A stretch of 14,220 nt of DNA from a bacterium (GTDB lineage Bacteria > RBG-13-61-14 > DATKZS01), in contig JAWOBU010000013.1 in NCBI GenBank assembly GCA_046484135.1, forward strand, positions 1 to 14,220. The letters run 5' to 3'. How positions within the stretch are numbered: the first letter of the stretch is position 1; each line of letters begins with the position of its first letter. Made by a program: the position numbers and the translations under genes. Shown here one piece after another: positions 7,438 through 14,220 of the stretch. Under the pieces are notes generated by a model. The model worked only from the letters and a program-made list of their open reading frames with translations, had not been told where the DNA came from and did not search any database.

Positions 7438-9182
7438 AAATGATTACTTCTTTACTAAAAAAAGGGGTTCTGTTCGCGTCGCTCGCGGCTCTTTTGCTTT
7501 CCGTGTCCGCGGCGGAGTTGAGTGATCCTGCTGATGCGGTTTCACGGCAGATAAAGACCTATGACCTGGTCATTGAAAACGGCCGGGTGATAGACCCGGA
7601 GACCGGCCGGGACGAGGTCGCGACGGTGGCAGTGGCGGACGGCGTAATTGAAAGAATCAGCGCAGAAAAAAGTTTCAAACCGAAGGCTGAGAAAGTCATT
7701 GACGCTTCCGGGCTGGTGGTGTCCCCCGGTTTCATCAACACCCACACTCACGAAGGGGGAGAGGCTGACACGGAAAAGAACCTGTCTCCCGCGACCCGGC
7801 TCATGGTCCATGACGGGGTCACCTTCTGGCTGGGCGGCAACTGCGGCATGTCTCCCACCGGCGTGAACATCCCTTTTGATGATGAGGGGAACTCCCTGAA
7901 GAGGGGAGACCCGGACAAGTCCCTGGCCACGTTCCTGGACGAGGCGGAGAACGTGCCGCTCTACAACCATTACGGCACGCTTACCGGGAACCTGACCCTG
8001 CGGTCCAACGCCGGGCTGCGCCACATGGAGAAAGAATCGGACGAGGACATAGAAAAGATGAAGGACATCCTGGACCGCGACCTGGCTGCGGGCTCGTTCG
8101 GGGTCTCCTACGGGGTCATGTACGACATGGGCACGACCAAGAAATCCATGGTGGAGCTGGCCCGGGTAAGCGAAGACGCCGGCGGCATGGCGGCGAGCCA
8201 TACCCGGTATCCGACCTTTAACCTGAACCATCTCTTTTTCGGCCTTGACAACGTGGTCCTGAAATCATCCATCTGCGAAGCCATAGACACCTGCCGCAAA
8301 TCCGGCGTGCCGTTCATAGTCTCCCACATAACTGACATGGCCCAGTCGGACTCGGCGCGGTGGACGCTCGACACCATTGACCACGCCATCCGGGAGGAGA
8401 GTCTGCCGCTGGTCGGCGACATCATCGGACACGATTATTTAGGCAACGACTTTTACGTTCTCACCTTCAAGGGCAAGCTGCCGATCTGGTTCATGTTGAA
8501 GCTGGGCGACTACGAGATGGAGCAGTTTTACGTCGCCCAGGACGTGTACGTGGACGGCGAGCTTTACCTGGAAAAGTACGGGCAGGTGACGTTGGAGGAG
8601 GCCGAGTTTTTGAGAAAGAACATGGACCGGGTGGAGTCGGCAGGGGACAAACCGGGTCTGGGCCTGATCTGCCGGATCATCCCTCCAAAGGACACCAAGC
8701 TCGCGCTTTCCTATCCGTGGGTCTTTATCGGCAACGACCACGGCGGCAGGGTGTTGGACCCCGAGACCGGCGAGTTGGATCCCCGCATGCCCCGCGGGCT
8801 GGGAACCTTTTCCAGGCTCCTCGGACACTGGTCCCGCCAGGAAGGCGCCCTTACCATGAAACAGGCCCTTTTCAAAGCAACCATCGCGCCCGCCATGTGG
8901 CTCGGCCTTGACCAGAAAGGACGCCTGCAAAAAGGATGCGACGCTGACATCGTTGTGTTCGACCCGGACACCGTTATAGACCGCGCCAGGTGGCTCCACG
9001 ACAAAGAGCATCTAAAGCCCAAGGGCATAAGCTACGTGATCGTGAACGGAGAGGTAGTGACGGACCACGGAGAACCAACCGGCAACACACCAGGACGCGT
9101 CATCCGCCGCACCTGGGAGATACCCGGCAACACCCGAAAGGTCCTCGATCTGTATGAGGAGAGGTTCAAAGGCAATCCGTAA
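7434..9182 (+). CDS. Metal-dependent amidohydrolase, N-acyl-D-amino-acid deacylase-like, with predicted signal peptide
   Basis: YDLVIENGRVIDP, IDASGLVVSPGFINTHTH (HxH), GVT...GNCGMSP, SHTR, SHI, IGND, PRGLGTF, KGRLQKGCDADIVVFDP. N-terminus KK + hydrophobic stretch + SAA. ATGA overlap with the GT4 gene; alternative ATG at 7440. Confidence 0.88.
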   Translation: MKMITSLLKKGVLFASLAALLLSVSAAELSDPADAVSRQIKTYDLVIENGRVIDPETGRDEVATVAVADGVIERISAEKSFKPKAEKVIDASGLVVSPGFINTHTHEGGEADTEKNLSPATRLMVHDGVTFWLGGNCGMSPTGVNIPFDDEGNSLKRGDPDKSLATFLDEAENVPLYNHYGTLTGNLTLRSNAGLRHMEKESDEDIEKMKDILDRDLAAGSFGVSYGVMYDMGTTKKSMVELARVSEDAGGMAASHTRYPTFNLNHLFFGLDNVVLKSSICEAIDTCRKSGVPFIVSHITDMAQSDSARWTLDTIDHAIREESLPLVGDIIGHDYLGNDFYVLTFKGKLPIWFMLKLGDYEMEQFYVAQDVYVDGELYLEKYGQVTLEEAEFLRKNMDRVESAGDKPGLGLICRIIPPKDTKLALSYPWVFIGNDHGGRVLDPETGELDPRMPRGLGTFSRLLGHWSRQEGALTMKQALFKATIAPAMWLGLDQKGRLQKGCDADIVVFDPDTVIDRARWLHDKEHLKPKGISYVIVNGEVVTDHGEPTGNTPGRVIRRTWEIPGNTRKVLDLYEERFKGNP

Positions 9183-9350
9183 AATAGGGAGTCACCAGCA
9201 AAACAGCTCGGGGACTGACAAGACCTCGCGCTTTCCCGCGTTGTCTCGGGAGCCGGAAGGCCCATCCCCGGCCTTATTCCGAGACTCCGCCATTTTCCCC
9301 CACGCCGCTTCAAAAAAGCGCTAAACAAATGAAGATCAGCTTGTTTTTCC

Positions 9351-9427
9351 TGGTACCCTCGGCGGGACTCGAACCCACGGCCTACGGATTAGGAATCCGT
9401 CGCTCTATCCTGCTGAGCTACGAGGGC
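9351..9427 (-). tRNA. tRNA-Arg (anticodon CCT), CCA encoded
   Basis: Reverse complement: GCCCTCG TAGCTCAGCAGGATAGAGC G ACGGA-TTCCTAA-TCCGT AGGCC GTGGG-TTCGAGT-CCCGC CGAGGGT ACCA. Complete 77-nt cloverleaf. Confidence 0.98.
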
Positions 9428-9470
9428 ATACATGGCGGGCTTGCCGGGCGCTTTTGCGCTTCCGGATATT

Positions 9471-9499
9471 AATATAGTGAGGAGGACGGTTTTTGTCAA
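9471..9499 (-). promoter_or_regulatory. Sigma70-type promoter of tRNA-Arg
   Basis: On the - strand: TTGACA (9499-9494), 17 nt, TATATT (9476-9471), about 45 nt upstream of the tRNA 5' end. Confidence 0.85.
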
Positions 9500-9542
9500 T
9501 CGGGCGGGGCTTTGATGAGCGCCTGCGATAGCTGTTGCGTAC

Positions 9543-9571
9543 TTTACTTATGGACCGCCTGAAGGTATATT
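9543..9571 (+). promoter_or_regulatory. Candidate sigma70 promoter for the Fe-S protein gene, divergent from the tRNA promoter
   Basis: TTTACT (9543-9548), 17 nt, TATATT (9566-9571). Confidence 0.5.
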
Positions 9572-9679
9572 CGCACTAAGGAGCGGGGGAATGGACCCTG
9601 CGGGCGGGTTTTTTGCTTTCCCTTTTTCTTTTCAGTTTAACCATGACCGGCTTTTTGCCGGCGGGCAAAGGAGGACGAG

Positions 9680-10672
9680 ATGACGGAGGTCAGCCCCTAT
9701 CAGAAGTTTGCGGAAAAGATGATGCATAAGGACTCGAAGTGGATACCGGAGATTCTGAAGTCCTTGATAAACGAGGAGCAGGCTGATCTGCTTCTTAGCC
9801 TTCCGGGCACGGCGGCGGACATGGCGGATAAGACGGGCCGCAAACAGGAAGACATTGAAAAGGACTTGCAGGAGATGTACCGGAAGGGGCTCACCTTTAA
9901 AAAGACGAAGGAGGGTGTAACCACCTGGAAGCCGCCCGCTCACCTGGCCCAGTTCCACGACGCCACCATAGTCTGGCCGGAGGCCTCCGAGGACTTCTAC
10001 GAGCTTTGGAGAAAGTACATGGAGGAGGAGTGGCCGCAACTGGCCCAGGTGGTTACCAAACTCCTTCCCCGTCCCTTTACCAGGGTGATCCCGGTAGGCA
10101 AGAGCGTACAGACGGGAAAGGCGCAGGTGTTGGCGCCTGAAAATGTGGAGAACATAATCGAGAACGCGGACAAACTCGCGGTAACCCTCTGCACCTGCCG
10201 GACCACCATGAAAAAGTGCGACGCTCCCGTCGAGGTCTGTCTCCAGGTCAACCGTGGCGCGGAGTACACCATTGACCGCGGCTCCGGGCGGGAGGTCATG
10301 AAGGATGAAGCGCGTGATATCATAAAGCGGTCGCAGGATGCCGGCCTGGTCCACGTTACCATGAACAAGTCCGGGATCGGACATTTTATCTGCAACTGTT
10401 GCGGGTGTTGTTGTCAGTCCTTTACCCTGCTCATATCCGATGGACTGCCTTTGTGCGACCCCAGCCGGTTCCGGCCCGAGATAGACATAGACCTGTGCAC
10501 GGCCTGCGGCGAGTGCGAAGACCGGTGCTGGTTCGGGGCCATTACCGTGGAAGAGGACGGCGCCGGTATTATAGAAGATAAGTGCATGGGCTGCGGCCAG
10601 TGCGCGATCGCCTGCCCCGAGGACGCCATTGTCATGCAGGAACAAAGAGAGCCGGACTTTATACCCTCTTAA
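9680..10672 (+). CDS. Cys-rich 4Fe-4S dicluster (ferredoxin-domain) protein with N-terminal HTH-like region
   Basis: CTCR...C......C, ICNCCGCCC, two CxxCxxCxxxC motifs (CTACGECEDRC, CMGCGQCAIACP). Strong SD AGGAGG. Confidence 0.9.
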   Translation: MTEVSPYQKFAEKMMHKDSKWIPEILKSLINEEQADLLLSLPGTAADMADKTGRKQEDIEKDLQEMYRKGLTFKKTKEGVTTWKPPAHLAQFHDATIVWPEASEDFYELWRKYMEEEWPQLAQVVTKLLPRPFTRVIPVGKSVQTGKAQVLAPENVENIIENADKLAVTLCTCRTTMKKCDAPVEVCLQVNRGAEYTIDRGSGREVMKDEARDIIKRSQDAGLVHVTMNKSGIGHFICNCCGCCCQSFTLLISDGLPLCDPSRFRPEIDIDLCTACGECEDRCWFGAITVEEDGAGIIEDKCMGCGQCAIACPEDAIVMQEQREPDFIPS

Positions 10673-10729
10673 ACCGAAATCCACTGCCGGGAGCTGGGGC
10701 GGCAGAGGAGCTACAACCAGGGAGGACGC

Positions 10730-11836
10730 ATGATGGGACATTGTCCTTACTGCGGCGCGGAAATGCCGGAGAACGGGAAGACCTGTCCGCGTTGTAAAAG
10801 CTACATGAATGAGGGGAGGGGCCCTTCCCGGTCTTTGCCCGGGGCTTTTCATCCCTTGGCCGGGCTTATTGCCATTATTATCGTTTCCGCGGGCCTGGTC
10901 GGTTTGAGCTTTATGCAAAAGCCGGGTGGGGAACCGGCGAAGCCGGTCGCCTCTGCCGAGAATGATGAAAAAGGGACAAAGGCCCCGGAAAAGAAAGCTC
11001 TCGATAAAGCGGATGCCTCCGGCCGTCGCCGTGGCCGGCAGGGCGGTCAAGGCCGGAAAGGTGGGCCGCAACGAGGTCCGGCCGCCAAGGCGGAAGGTTC
11101 GAAAGAGGCCCTCTCCAGTCGCGTGGTGGATTACGAAAGCGAAGTGATGGAGCTTCTGGAGCGGGCGGACGAGCTCACGGTGGAAATGGATGAGTTAAAG
11201 AGCAAGCGGGACAAGAAGAGCATTCAACAGATGGGAGAGAAGATGAAGTCGCTCCACGCCCTTCAGAAAGATATCCGGAGTATGTCCCCCATGCCTCAGC
11301 TTCAGTATGCCCATAATCACTTGGCCCGCTACATCAGCATGCTGACCCGTGGCTATCGCCGCTACATGATATACATGCAGTCGCGCGAAGAGAGACAGCT
11401 CGAGCTGGCGGGCCGGGACCTGGACCGGGCGGAAAATCTGCGCGAGCGGGGCCTGTCCGAGCTTTCCGAGCAGAAGGACAGATTGGCCCCTCCTCCGCCG
11501 CCGGAACCGGAAGAGCCGCCCGAACCGGAAGAGCCGCCGGAGCCTGCGGACGAGGACACGGTGGAGCCTTCGGAGCCGGACACCACCGAGGAGTATCCTC
11601 CGGTCCCGCCTCCGGGCGAGCGGGTTTTCGAGCCGGGAAGAACGGTGGAAGGAAGTACGGTCCTGGACGGCGACAGCTTTTATGTAGAGGAAGGCGGCAG
11701 TGTTTATTACGAAGAAGGAGGCACGGTTTACTACGAGGAGGGCGCGACCGTGTATCCGGAAGACTCGGGCACGGTTTACTACGAGCCGGGTTACCGGGAA
11801 CCCCCCCGCGAAGAAAGGTTTGACACCCGTTACTGA
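10730..11836 (+). CDS. Hypothetical single-pass membrane protein: N-terminal zinc ribbon, helical domain, Pro/Glu linker, Tyr-rich repeat tail
   Basis: CPYC-x10-CPRC, hydrophobic segment LAGLIAIIIVSAGLVGLSFM, amphipathic helical region, PEPEEP repeats, (S/T)VYYEEGG repeats. SD GGAGG before ATGATG. Confidence 0.8.
   Translation: MMGHCPYCGAEMPENGKTCPRCKSYMNEGRGPSRSLPGAFHPLAGLIAIIIVSAGLVGLSFMQKPGGEPAKPVASAENDEKGTKAPEKKALDKADASGRRRGRQGGQGRKGGPQRGPAAKAEGSKEALSSRVVDYESEVMELLERADELTVEMDELKSKRDKKSIQQMGEKMKSLHALQKDIRSMSPMPQLQYAHNHLARYISMLTRGYRRYMIYMQSREERQLELAGRDLDRAENLRERGLSELSEQKDRLAPPPPPEPEEPPEPEEPPEPADEDTVEPSEPDTTEEYPPVPPPGERVFEPGRTVEGSTVLDGDSFYVEEGGSVYYEEGGTVYYEEGATVYPEDSGTVYYEPGYREPPREERFDTRY
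11501..11545 (+). repeat. 18-bp coding tandem repeat (PEPEEP x2.5)
   Basis: ccggaaccggaagagccg / cccgaaccggaagagccg / ccggagcct. Confidence 0.8.
11675..11794 (+). repeat. Five 24-bp coding tandem repeats (8-aa Tyr/Glu/Gly unit)
   Basis: SFYVEEGG SVYYEEGG TVYYEEGA TVYPEDSG TVYYEPGY. The DNA string ggcacggtttactacgag occurs twice, 48 bp apart. Confidence 0.85.
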
Positions 11837-11870
11837 GGCCCGGTTTCCCGGAGCGCTTTTATGGCCGAGT

Positions 11871-11900
11871 TTGAACCGCGCACGGGTTTCATCGTATGAT
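11871..11900 (+). promoter_or_regulatory. Candidate sigma70 promoter for the kinase-FHA genes
   Basis: TTGAAC (11871-11876), 18 nt, TATGAT (11895-11900), in the 133-bp intergenic gap. Confidence 0.5.
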
Positions 11901-11969
11901 TGAAGCCGGCAGGCGGATGTTCTCCGCTTTTTCTTTCCGGGCCTTAAGAAAGGTTTTCAGGACGCGCTA

Positions 11970-13085
11970 ATGTCATCATCCCAGGCTTTCCAGTTCGGCC
12001 GCTACGAGGTCATCGGCGAGATAGGCCGCGGCTCGATGGGCGTGGTTTATAAAGCCCGGGACCCGGCTATCGGCCGGCTGGTGGCGGTCAAGTCCATACC
12101 CGAGACCTTCGGGCTGGAGGAGGGAAAGCGGGAGGAGTTCATAAAGCGTCTTCGGCAGGAGGCCATGACCGCGGGGAGGCTCCAGCACCCGAACGTGGTC
12201 ATCATCTACGACGTGGGCGAGACCGAGCAGGGACCTTTTATCGCCATGGAGTACCTGGACGGGGTGAGCCTACGGGACGTTGTCACCGCGGGAAAGAAAA
12301 TCAGCATGGGCCAGCTTGTCGAGATCATCAGCCAGGTGGCGGAGGGGCTCGATTATGCCCACCAGAAGGCCATCATCCACCGGGACGTAAAGCCGGCCAA
12401 TATCATGATCGTGGCGGACAACCGGGTAAAGATCATGGACCTCGGAATCGCCCGGTTCCCCATGAGCGAGCTGACCAAGGAGGGCAAGCTGGTGGGATCG
12501 CCCAGCTACATGTCGCCCGAGCAGCTCTCCGGCAAGCCCATTGACGGCAGGTCCGACCTGTTCAGTCTGGCGGTCTGCATCTATCAGCTCATGAGCTTTA
12601 AAAAGCCTTTTCCGGGCGAAAGCGTGAACGAGATATGTTACAAGATCGTGCATGAGGACTACGTGCCCATATGCGATAACGTCAACGACCTGCCTCCGGA
12701 ATTCGAGGACTTCATGATGATCGCGCTTTCCAAGAACCCGGATGAAAGGTTCCAGAGCGGCGCGGAGATGGTGGAGGCCCTCTCCATTATAGCCGGCCGG
12801 TCTTCCGGCGAGGGCCGGCAGGAGGAAGGGACCGGTTCGGATGTTTTCCGGGAAGGAGTGGAAGAGCAGGCAGCCGCTTTCGAGAACAGTTACGATAGTA
12901 ACCCCAACTTGAGCCACTCCTCGAACATTGACGATATCTTCAAGGAGCTGACTCATACTTCCCGGTCGGTGGACCTGCGCGGCTCCCGGCCTGCAAAGGG
13001 CTGGAAATGGCTGGTCATTGCCGGCGCCGCGGCCGCGGCCGGCATTGTCGGTCTGGTGATATGGATTCTGGCAAAGGGCGGATAA
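11970..13085 (+). CDS. Hanks-type Ser/Thr protein kinase with C-terminal transmembrane anchor
   Basis: IGRGSMGVVY, VAVK, alphaC Glu (RQEA), HPNVV, HRDVKPANIM, DLGIAR, GSPSYMSPEQ, DGRSDLFS. Terminal TM WLVIAGAAAAAGIVGLVIWIL. Confidence 0.96.
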   Translation: MSSSQAFQFGRYEVIGEIGRGSMGVVYKARDPAIGRLVAVKSIPETFGLEEGKREEFIKRLRQEAMTAGRLQHPNVVIIYDVGETEQGPFIAMEYLDGVSLRDVVTAGKKISMGQLVEIISQVAEGLDYAHQKAIIHRDVKPANIMIVADNRVKIMDLGIARFPMSELTKEGKLVGSPSYMSPEQLSGKPIDGRSDLFSLAVCIYQLMSFKKPFPGESVNEICYKIVHEDYVPICDNVNDLPPEFEDFMMIALSKNPDERFQSGAEMVEALSIIAGRSSGEGRQEEGTGSDVFREGVEEQAAAFENSYDSNPNLSHSSNIDDIFKELTHTSRSVDLRGSRPAKGWKWLVIAGAAAAAGIVGLVIWILAKGG

Positions 13086-13086
13086 A

Positions 13087-14007
13087 ATGAGGCTTAAATG
13101 TCCGGGGTGCATGGCCGGTCTGAAGATAGACGATGAGAGTTACCACGAGAAGGTGCTGGTGCAGTGTCCGGAGTGCCTTTTTGTTTTCCTGGCCCGCGCC
13201 GGCACCGGCGAAGAGGACAGCTCCTTTGTTCCGGCGGAGGACGCCACCTTGCTGACCTCGGACTTCTCGCCTTCACAAAAGCCCGCCGGGTTGCAATGGG
13301 ACCTCCCCGGCGCCAGTGTCACCGTGATCCAGGGCGACAGCCAGGGCCTGCACAAGAGGCTTGACTCGGACGGGCTGACCGTGGGCAGGAAGGACGCGGA
13401 CCTGGTCATCCGGGATCGGTCCATCTCCCGCGCCCATTGCCGACTCGAGCACCGCGACGACGGCTGGCACGTGGTGGACCTCGGCTCGAAAAACGGGGTG
13501 TTTGTAAACGGCCGAAAGGTGGAAGAGCAAATGCTCTCCCACCTGGACGAGATCGGGGTGGGACAGAGTCTGTTGCTGTTTGCCGAGTCCGGTCCCTCCC
13601 AGGACGACCGGCTCCGGGAACAAAGAGAAGAAAGCCCTCCCCCTTCGGACGACACCCGGGTGGACGAAAAAAACCGGGAGAAGGTCCCGGAGCTCCCGCC
13701 GGACCGGAGCTTCTTTCTCGAGTTCATGGGCGGCGGGAAGAAAGGCAGGAGCGTGGAGTTCGACAAGGGCCGCATGATCCTGGGCCGGGGCGATGAAGCG
13801 GACGTAAAGATCGAGGACGAGCAGGTATCCAGGAAGCACGCTTGTATCGAGGTCTACTCGCGCGAGCAGATTTACATCTCCGACCTCGCCTCCCAGAACG
13901 GGACCTGGCTTAACGGGATGAAGATAAAAAACACCCGTCTCATGCACGGCGACCTGGTGCGGGTCGGCAACACCGTTCTCAAGTTCATAATCCGGGACAC
14001 TCCTTGA
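13087..14007 (+). CDS. Zinc-ribbon (MJ0042-like) plus tandem double FHA-domain protein
   Basis: CPGC...VQCPEC..VF; FHA1 VGR..AD...ISRAH...DLGSKNGVFVNG; FHA2 LGR...AD...VSRKH...DLASQNGTWLNG...L.HGD.VRVG. Only 1 nt separates it from the kinase stop. Confidence 0.93.
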   Translation: MRLKCPGCMAGLKIDDESYHEKVLVQCPECLFVFLARAGTGEEDSSFVPAEDATLLTSDFSPSQKPAGLQWDLPGASVTVIQGDSQGLHKRLDSDGLTVGRKDADLVIRDRSISRAHCRLEHRDDGWHVVDLGSKNGVFVNGRKVEEQMLSHLDEIGVGQSLLLFAESGPSQDDRLREQREESPPPSDDTRVDEKNREKVPELPPDRSFFLEFMGGGKKGRSVEFDKGRMILGRGDEADVKIEDEQVSRKHACIEVYSREQIYISDLASQNGTWLNGMKIKNTRLMHGDLVRVGNTVLKFIIRDTP

Positions 14008-14076
14008 CCGGGAGCAAAAAGAGCTTACCAAGTCCGGCTTCTTCAGCCGGGCTCTTCCCTGAAAGCGCTTGTAAAG

Positions 14077-14220
14077 ATGTTCGGCAGTGAAATTTTTCCA
14101 TACGCGGTGCTGGTAACAGTCATATTACTGGCCCATGTGGTGCACGGCATAACCGGCTTCGGCGCCATGGTGCTGGCCTTGCCGCTTCTGTCCCTGCTGT
14201 TTCCCGTCAAGATCATACTG
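14077..14220 (+). CDS. Sulfite exporter TauE/SafE-family membrane protein, 3'-truncated (not in the ORF track)
   Basis: Manual translation MFGSEIFPYAVLVTVILLAHVVHGITGFGAMVLALPLLSLLFPVKIIL. The GxxGFGxxxxxxP motif is typical of the TauE N-terminus. Confidence 0.8.
   Translation, partial: MFGSEIFPYAVLVTVILLAHVVHGITGFGAMVLALPLLSLLFPVKIIL

Noticed and set aside
9183..9427. tRNA-Arg as an integration site or island boundary
   Set aside because: No integrase and no duplicated tRNA 3' end were seen in the window, and there is no evident compositional shift in flanking genes.
9632..11071. 479-aa antisense ORF, and the other long antisense ORFs (88-939, 2419-3327, 4930-5862, 12270-13112, 13273-14031)
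   Set aside because: They overlap well-supported + strand genes and have no recognisable motifs. Such shadow ORFs are expected in GC-rich DNA.
13083..13089. Frameshifted kinase-FHA fusion
   Set aside because: The kinase ends naturally after its TM, the next gene begins with a typical N-terminal zinc ribbon, and a fusion would put the FHA domains on the wrong side of the membrane. Translational coupling is the simpler explanation.
14034..14050. Hairpin CCGGCT-tcttc-AGCCGG after the FHA gene as an intrinsic terminator
   Set aside because: The 6-bp stem has no proper U-tract on either strand, so it is insufficient to call.

Overview
GC-rich bacterial chromosomal segment. Gene content suggests an anaerobe of the Desulfobacterota/Myxococcota ('deltaproteobacterial') type, which is an inference. 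All protein genes are on the + strand. Order: 5'-truncated mutS2; B12-binding radical SAM enzyme; ychF (apparently leaderless); a ~320-bp nested repeat element; FAD oxidoreductase resembling eukaryotic-type UDP-galactopyranose mutase; GT4 glycosyltransferase; exported D-aminoacylase-like amidohydrolase; tRNA-Arg(CCT) on the - strand; Cys-rich Fe-S protein; zinc-ribbon membrane protein with a Tyr-rich 8-aa repeat tail; membrane-anchored Ser/Thr kinase with no sensor domain; zinc-ribbon double-FHA protein; start of a TauE/SafE-like gene. The most interesting items are (i) the three-level nested non-coding element after ychF (imperfect terminal inverted repeats > two back-to-back tri-hairpin REP-like units > 40-bp palindromic insert), (ii) the putative three-gene phospho-signalling module at 10730-14007, and (iii) the leaderless architecture of ychF. 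No integrase, transposase, CRISPR array or recognisable defence system was seen. All calls are by-eye motif recognition, without database searches.
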